From NCBI GenBank assembly GCA_025558095.1, contig JAIVFI010000017.1, forward strand, positions 620,001-684,000: a stretch of 64,000 nucleotides of DNA. Reading direction: 5' to 3'. The DNA is from Hyaloraphidium curvatum SAG 235-1. Lineage: Eukaryota > Fungi > Monoblepharomycota. Below the pieces are notes generated by a model that was given only the letters and a program-made list of their open reading frames with translations, searched no databases and was not told the DNA's origin. Positions within the stretch are counted from its first letter, which is position 1. Every line of letters begins with the position of its first letter. Shown in pieces: positions 58,139 to 64,000 of the stretch. Made by a program: the position numbers and the translations under genes.

Positions 58139-59657
58139 ATGTCCGCGCCCGCAGCGCCCGTCGTGGGCGGCTCCGCCGCCGCACCGAAGCCCAAAGAGCC
58201 CAACTGCATCGCCAAGGTGGGCGGTTTCGGCGCTGTGGCCGCGCGGGGGAGCTGACGCGGTCCGGCGGCCCGCAGTGCTTCCTGTGCCTCGGCAACTCGC
58301 CCGCGGGGACGACAACCACGGGGAGGCTGATCACGCAGCTCGTTTTTATCGGGTGCCTGGTCGTGACCACGCTCTCGTCGATCCCGGGCGCGCGCTATCT
58401 TTACTGGGGCTGTGGGTCTTCTTCCCCGATCCAAACGCCCCAGGAAGGGGCAACGACGGCCTCTGACCCCTTTTCCGCGCCCTTAGGGATCCTCTCCCTC
58501 CTGTACACAGTGGCCGCCGTGTGCGGCATCTACTTTGCCCTGCAGGACCTCATCTGCCTGAAGCGGGACTGCGCGCACTGGACCACGGGGCTCGTGCACC
58601 CGTGCTGGTACGGCTGCCTGATCTGCCTGGCGGGAGGGGTGGGTTCTACAGTCGGAGAGGGTCAGGAGGGCACGGGGAGGGGTTGGGGAGGTCGGCCGGC
58701 GGGGTCGCGTTACCAGCGCGGGGCGGGCGGCCTCCCTGCCCTTCCGTCGGGCTCCTCGGCCTCATGAGGTCAGATACTGACCGTTTTCTGCTGCCGATAG
58801 TTTGGATTCGCCATCTATGTCCTCATCTGCTTCACGGGACCCATTATCTCCGGGTTCGGCGTCAACTGTGTCGACGTGGGTCTTCCTCTCCCATCCCACT
58901 TCCTTCCCCACTCACCGCCCTTGTTTCCCACCGCCACATGCCTGTTCGGCACGCCAGATCTTCGGCCAGGACCCCTCTCAGATCCAGATCCCCCAGGAGA
59001 ACGCCAACCTGTGCGCGCAGTACAAGGACCTCTGGCGCGCCGGCGCCGGGACCACGGGCTCGGGCATGGGCTTCGCGATTGCGAGCGCGTGCCTGATCAT
59101 GGTGCTCTACATCGGGCTGTGGGTGTCTCGGCGGCGCCGCGGAACGGATGGCGGCTGATCCGGGAGGGACAGGCCGACGATCCAGAAGAAGTACAGGGAG
59201 GCAAACAGCGAGCGGAGGGAAACCAAGGCGGCGGCGGACGCCAAGGCCGCCGCGGACCTCGAGGCGCAGAAGGTGCGGAACACGTCGGCGGCATTGGCCA
59301 CCGGCCCGCTGACCCTCCCCTTCCCTCCCCCCACCCCGCCGATCCCCTTCCCGCGCGCCCGCTCGGCAGGCCAAGATCACCCAGGAGTACAACGTCCCCA
59401 CCGCCGCCCTCGCCGCGGGCACCAAGCTCACCTCCAAGTACGACTACGCGCCCACGCGCGCCGACGAGCTGGAGCTCAAGGCCGGGGACCAGATCACCCT
59501 CGTGGACCAGGGCCGCGTGGGGACGCCGGTGGGCTGGTGGACGGGGACCAACGCGCGGACGGGGCAGACGGGGCTGTTGTGGGTGTCTCGGCGCTGGGTG
59601 CGGTGTGGGTTCGTCGGCTAACGGAGTTCGTTCTGCAGCCCGGCGAATTACATCTAG
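58139..59657 (+). CDS. Four-TM membrane protein with C-terminal SH3 domain (Sho1-like topology)
   Basis: Four hydrophobic segments over several exons, a charged helix, then KYDYAPTRADELELKAGDQITL...GWWTG...GQTGL|.PANYI. Confidence 0.8.
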
Positions 59658-60587
59658 AGTATTATGGATCGTGTTTGGAATGGAGAGCTCTCGCTTTGCG
59701 CACGTGTGGGCCGGCGGAGGACCGGACGGCCGCTCGGGATCGGGCGGCATCCCCCGCGAGTGACCCGCCGCGCCGTCCTCCTGCTCACGGTCGGCCGCTG
59801 TCCCGCTGCCCGCCATTTACTGCCAGTCGTCTGTCGTGCTGGGATCAGTCCCACCGGGGAGGCGGTTCGCTCATCCCTCGCCCGTGGCGGGCGGTGGTTC
59901 TTGGCGGCGGAAGCAACAGCGCCAATTCGCCGCGCCAGCCCCGGAGCTTCTCGCCTCATTATCGCCCGGGCGCGATCAAGGATTCGCGATGGGTGCCCGG
60001 CCGCGTGGTCGCCGGTGGAAGGTCGCGCGAACGAGGGACGGGCGGGCGGCCGGTGGTGACTCGTCCGGAGGCTATGCTGGGTCCGCCAAAACCTCGTTCG
60101 ACGCCGGGGGCAGCGGGGACGGGGTGCGCCGGGTGACCGAGGACGGGGAGAATGTGTCTAGCCGCAGGGAAAAATTAGGAGCGGTCGCGGGGTGGGAGAG
60201 ATGGGCGTGGCAATTTCTTTGGTCGGTGGGAAAGTAGGTGTCTGGGCCCGCAGAGCCCGCAACCCGGCCGAGTCTGCGCCGCCTTGGAAGGCGGGACAGC
60301 GAGCATCGAAAAAATCGCCCCCAGGAACAGGCACATGGACCATCTCTGCACGGTTTCCAAACATATCGGGTGCAACGGATGCGCTCCCCGGCCGGGGTAG
60401 CCGCGTCAGAATCTTGGGATGGCGCAAGGGAATTCCGCGCGAGCAACGATCCTTCGGATCGGACCCACCGGCCTGACCGCCTGCAAACTCCACACCATTC
60501 ACTTCGAACAGCGCGGAAGCACTACCGCGCATACCGCATAAGCAGACAACACCCGCACTCCCCCGAGGAGTGCCCTCTTTGGCCCCA

Positions 60588-61936
60588 ATGAGCCCGAACG
60601 CCCGCTCGCCGCCGCCGCTGCCGGGGTCGCCCGGCCCGCCGTCGCCGCCGTCGGTGTCCGGCTCGCCGCAGCCGGGCGACTCGGACGTCACGGCGGTCGC
60701 GCAGGACAACGCGCAGTCCGCGGAGATGTCGGCCACGCTGCCGCCGGCGTCGCCGCGCCCGCGGCCCGCCGGCCTGTTTGCCGGCGACGCCTTCCCCGGC
60801 GTGCAGGGCATCCTGCGGCCCGAGCCCGCCGACCCCCCGCCGCCCCCGATGCTGGACGACTCGGCCTTCGCCGCCGGCCGCGCCCGCCGCCGCCGCTACC
60901 GCATCCTGGAGCGCGTCGGCCAGGGCTCGGAGGCAAAGGTGTCGGCCGCCCTCTCGCTCGACACGGGGCGCATGGTCGCGATCAAGGTGTCGCGGAAGCC
61001 CGTGCCCGGCATCGCTTGCCCCACGGAGCAGGCCAGGACCTTTGCCGCGATCGCAGGTGGGCATCCGGGCGGCATCCCGCCGTGCTGGGAGCGCAGCTGA
61101 CTCGGCACCTCCCCCCTTCCCGCAGCTCTGAAGCACCCCAACATCGTCGAAATGATCGAGCAGTTCGAGACCGAGTCGAAATCCTACACCGTCATGGAGC
61201 TGGCCGCCGGGGTGGGCAGAACCGTCGCCCATTATATGAGTCACGTGCTAACGCACCGCCGGCTCCGCAGGACCTCGAAACCTTCCTGCAGTGCCGCGGC
61301 CCGCTCGGCGAGGCCGAGATCCGCACCATCCTGGCCTCCATCCTCCGCGCCCTCTGCTTCCTGCACTCGCGCGGCATCGCCCACCGCGACCTCAAGCCCC
61401 GCAACATCCTCCTCCGCTCCTTCGACGACCTCTCCACCCTCTGCATCTCGGACTTTGGCGGCGCGCACGTGCCCATGGGCCCGCTGTTCCCGCCGCCGGG
61501 CGTGCCCACGATGCACCGCATCGTCGGCACCCCGCTCTACCTCGCCCCGGAGATCGTGCGCGGGCAGACGCCGTACAGCGCCGAGGTCGACCTCTGGTCC
61601 CTCGGCTGCATCGCGTACCAGCTGGCCTGGGGCCGCACCCCCTTCGGCGACTCGGACAGCCTGCTGCACCTCTTTGCCCGCGCCATCGGCGGGCGCTGGT
61701 CGTTCCCGACCGGCGCGAGGCAGGGCGCCTTCGCAGACTTTGTCGCCGCCCTGCTGCGCCCGGATCCCGAGGGCAGGATCTCGGCCGAGGGCGCGCTGGA
61801 GCACCCGTGGATGAAGGGCGTGCCGGTGGTCGACGGGCCGATGTACTCGCCCGCCCCCATGCCGGCGATCGAGGCGCTCGAGGTGATGGGCGGCGAGAAG
61901 GGGGACACGAGGCGCTTCTCCCGCATCTCCGTGTGA
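60588..61936 (+). CDS. Atypical CAMK-like kinase, copy 4 (DFG retained)
   Basis: FAAGRARRRR, VGQGSEAKV, VAIK, HRDLKPRN, SDFGG, GTPLYLAPE, DLWSLGC; two introns at positions different from copies 1-3. Confidence 0.88.
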
Positions 61937-62414
61937 GACTTTATGCACCGCCGGCATGGTGGTGCTTGGTGGCGGCTCGGTGGGACGGGCAGGGGAGGGA
62001 AAAGTCTGGAAGGCAGGGTTGAAGGTCTCCTGGGAACTAGCTTGGCGACGCGGCGGATGGCAACTGTCGTAGCATGGTCGTAATGCAGCGATGTTTGGTG
62101 ATCCCGAGCGCGGTCCGCGATGCGGGTGTTGTCCATGCCCGCGTTCTTCATCTTCATCGTTTTGAGTGCCGCGGCATGGCCCGCACACAGCCGTGTGGCC
62201 CGGAAGGGGGCGGGCAAGTGAAAATGGACAATTCGGAAGAGAAATAGGAATGAAGGAGGGCGACAATGCACAGCTAGTGCACCGTGTGAAGAGATGGTAA
62301 CCGGTGCCAGTTAGGCATGCCCTCGCGTTCCACGACCGGTGACTCGACCCCCAACACTCTCCGCTCTCCCCGCACGCCAGCACGCACCCAGCCCCCCCCT
62401 CCCCCGCACGCAAA

Positions 62415-63314
62415 ATGGACCCGCAGCAGTACTCCCCCGGTGGCTCCGGCTCGCAGGCGGACTACCCGCTCAACGACGCCCGTGGGCTTTCCCCTTTCCC
62501 GGGGCCGGCGTCCGCTCACCCTCCCTCCGAAGCCCTCTCCGGCCCGCCGAAGCCCACCCTCTCGACTTCAGGGCCTCCGTCGGGAATCTACGACGTCCCC
62601 ACCGCGGGCCTGCCCCGCGCGGAGCCGTACGTTCCGCCGACGCAGCACGTGCCCGCCTCGGTGCAGGGAGGCGGGAGGAGGGCGCACCCCGCGTGGATCG
62701 GGGCCGATGCGGTGGCAGCCGCGCTGGTGACGGCGGGGGTGGTGGTGCTGTGGGTTTATGCCGCGGGGTGGGTGTGCGGACGGCGGGGATGGGGGCTTCG
62801 GACTGGGCTCGGCTGGACGCCGAAGGCGCCGGCCGCACGTCCCAATTCAAGGCCTCCATCGTTGCTGAATCGATTCCGCCGTCCACAGGCTCATGACCGT
62901 GCTCTGTGGCCTCGTCAACATGTGCGCCTCCTCATGAGCCGCGACGGACTGATCAGCTGATCACCGCCGCCCCCGCAGCGCCGTCGCGGTCCTCATCGTC
63001 GTCACCGGCGCCATACAGCCCTACCCGATCCGCAAGTGGGCTCTTTTCCTGCTGCACGACACTGGACGTGGATTCAGTGGGTCTCGGACGCGGCGCTGAT
63101 CACCACTGGACTGATCGCGCTTGTGCTCTCCAATGCCCACAGCATGGATCTACCTCGGCGCCTTCATCGTCCCCGGCTACGCCATCGTGCTCATCGTCTT
63201 CGGCTCGCTGCTGATCATCTACGGGGTGGCCAACATCGGGGCCGGTTTCGCGGGTGGGTGGTGCCGGAAGGGACCGGAAACCGGCTGACCGGCAAGCGCA
63301 GGAGTCGGACATAG
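62415..63314 (+). CDS. COPI-associated / Tvp15-like Golgi membrane protein
   Basis: Pro-rich N-terminus; spliced TM region AVAVLIVVTG...WALFLLHDTG(R)|AWIYLGAFI...LIVFGSLLIIYGVANI resembles the FLxxxxGRxxxY motif. Confidence 0.55.
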
Positions 63315-63469
63315 TCTTCTGTGAGGGAGTGCGCCAGGAATGGGAACCAGGGAGGTGCTTCGGGGCGGTCGAGAAGAGGGACGCTGGCCCCGAGTTTGCC
63401 CGATTGTCCGGTCCCGGAAGCGCGCACCGTGCGGACCGATTTTGTTCTCCTCCGGTCCCCCTGCCAAGG

Positions 63470-64000
63470 ATGCCGCGCCACGCCAACGGGCTGCCGATGC
63501 TGTCGAGCGAGAGCGGCGAGGACAGCGAGGCGTTCGACATGGACGAGGCGCTGTCGACGTGGACGCAGCTGGCGGACTTTGACGCGTTCGGCGAGCTGCT
63601 CGCGCCGGGCGGCGAGCTGTTTGGCGGGCTGCAGCCGCTGCCGCTGGAGCACGGCTTCCTGCCGCTGCCGCCGGGCTCGCACTTGCCGCTGATGCCGCTG
63701 GGCGTGCAGGCCCCGCTGCCGCTGGGCAACGGCGCCAACGGGCTCAACGGCCACCACCTGCCCCTGCCGCCTCAGCCCGCGCTAAAGGCGGCGCACCCCG
63801 CGCCCCCGCCCGCCCCGGCCGCCCCCGCCAAACAAACAAAGCGTCCGCCGCCCGAGGACGCCGAGGAGGACGACCGCTCGTCCAAGAAGCCCGCCGCCCC
63901 CAAGCCCCCGCGCCCGCCCAAGCCGCCGGCCCGCGAGCCCGCCGCACCCCGCCCGCCGCGGCAGCCCCGGCCCCCCGCACCCCCGGGCACCGCCCGCCCG
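63470..64000 (+). CDS. 3'-partial protein with an acidic N-terminus and basic Pro-rich region (possible transcription factor)
   Basis: MPRHANGLPMLSSESGEDSEAFDMDEALSTWTQLADFDAFGELL... is open to the window end; the KR...SKK region is NLS-like. Confidence 0.55.
   Translation, partial: MPRHANGLPMLSSESGEDSEAFDMDEALSTWTQLADFDAFGELLAPGGELFGGLQPLPLEHGFLPLPPGSHLPLMPLGVQAPLPLGNGANGLNGHHLPLPPQPALKAAHPAPPPAPAAPAKQTKRPPPEDAEEDDRSSKKPAAPKPPRPPKPPAREPAAPRPPRQPRPPAPPGTARP

Overview
Gene-dense, GC-rich eukaryotic DNA with many short (~55-65 nt) GT-AG introns that have CTGAC-type branch points. By inference it is an early-diverging (chytrid-grade, e.g. monoblepharid-like) fungus; this cannot be confirmed without a search. 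About 38 genes or gene remnants are recognisable. Housekeeping genes: RPL4, aminoacylase-1, ABCF2, a NUDT19-like Nudix enzyme, a bestrophin and a Tvp15-like protein. Bacterial-type enzymes: a PaiA-like GNAT, a YtcJ-like amidohydrolase, AtuA, an EstB-like serine hydrolase and an ABM protein. Locally duplicated families: 2 ankyrin-kinases, 3 secreted 12-Cys PAN/Apple-like proteins, 2 multi-pass membrane proteins on a ~2.1 kb inverted duplication, 4 atypical CAMK-like kinases, 2 R3H-tailed proteins and 2 MYND genes. Best candidates for something new: (i) a kinase family that lacks the alphaC Glu, has DFD instead of DFG in three copies and carries a conserved FAAGRARRRR leader; (ii) a 7TM ion-channel/gustatory-receptor-like (GRL/DUF3537-like) gene pair with conserved ends and a diverged middle, whose intact copy sits between two of those kinases; (iii) a head-to-head O-fucosyltransferase-like/GT8-like pair; (iv) long introns that fold into hairpins. 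Several apparent frameshifts are single-base indels in short G/C runs and are probably sequencing errors. No rRNA, tRNA, CRISPR array or transposase was seen. Exon boundaries were assigned by eye and are approximate.
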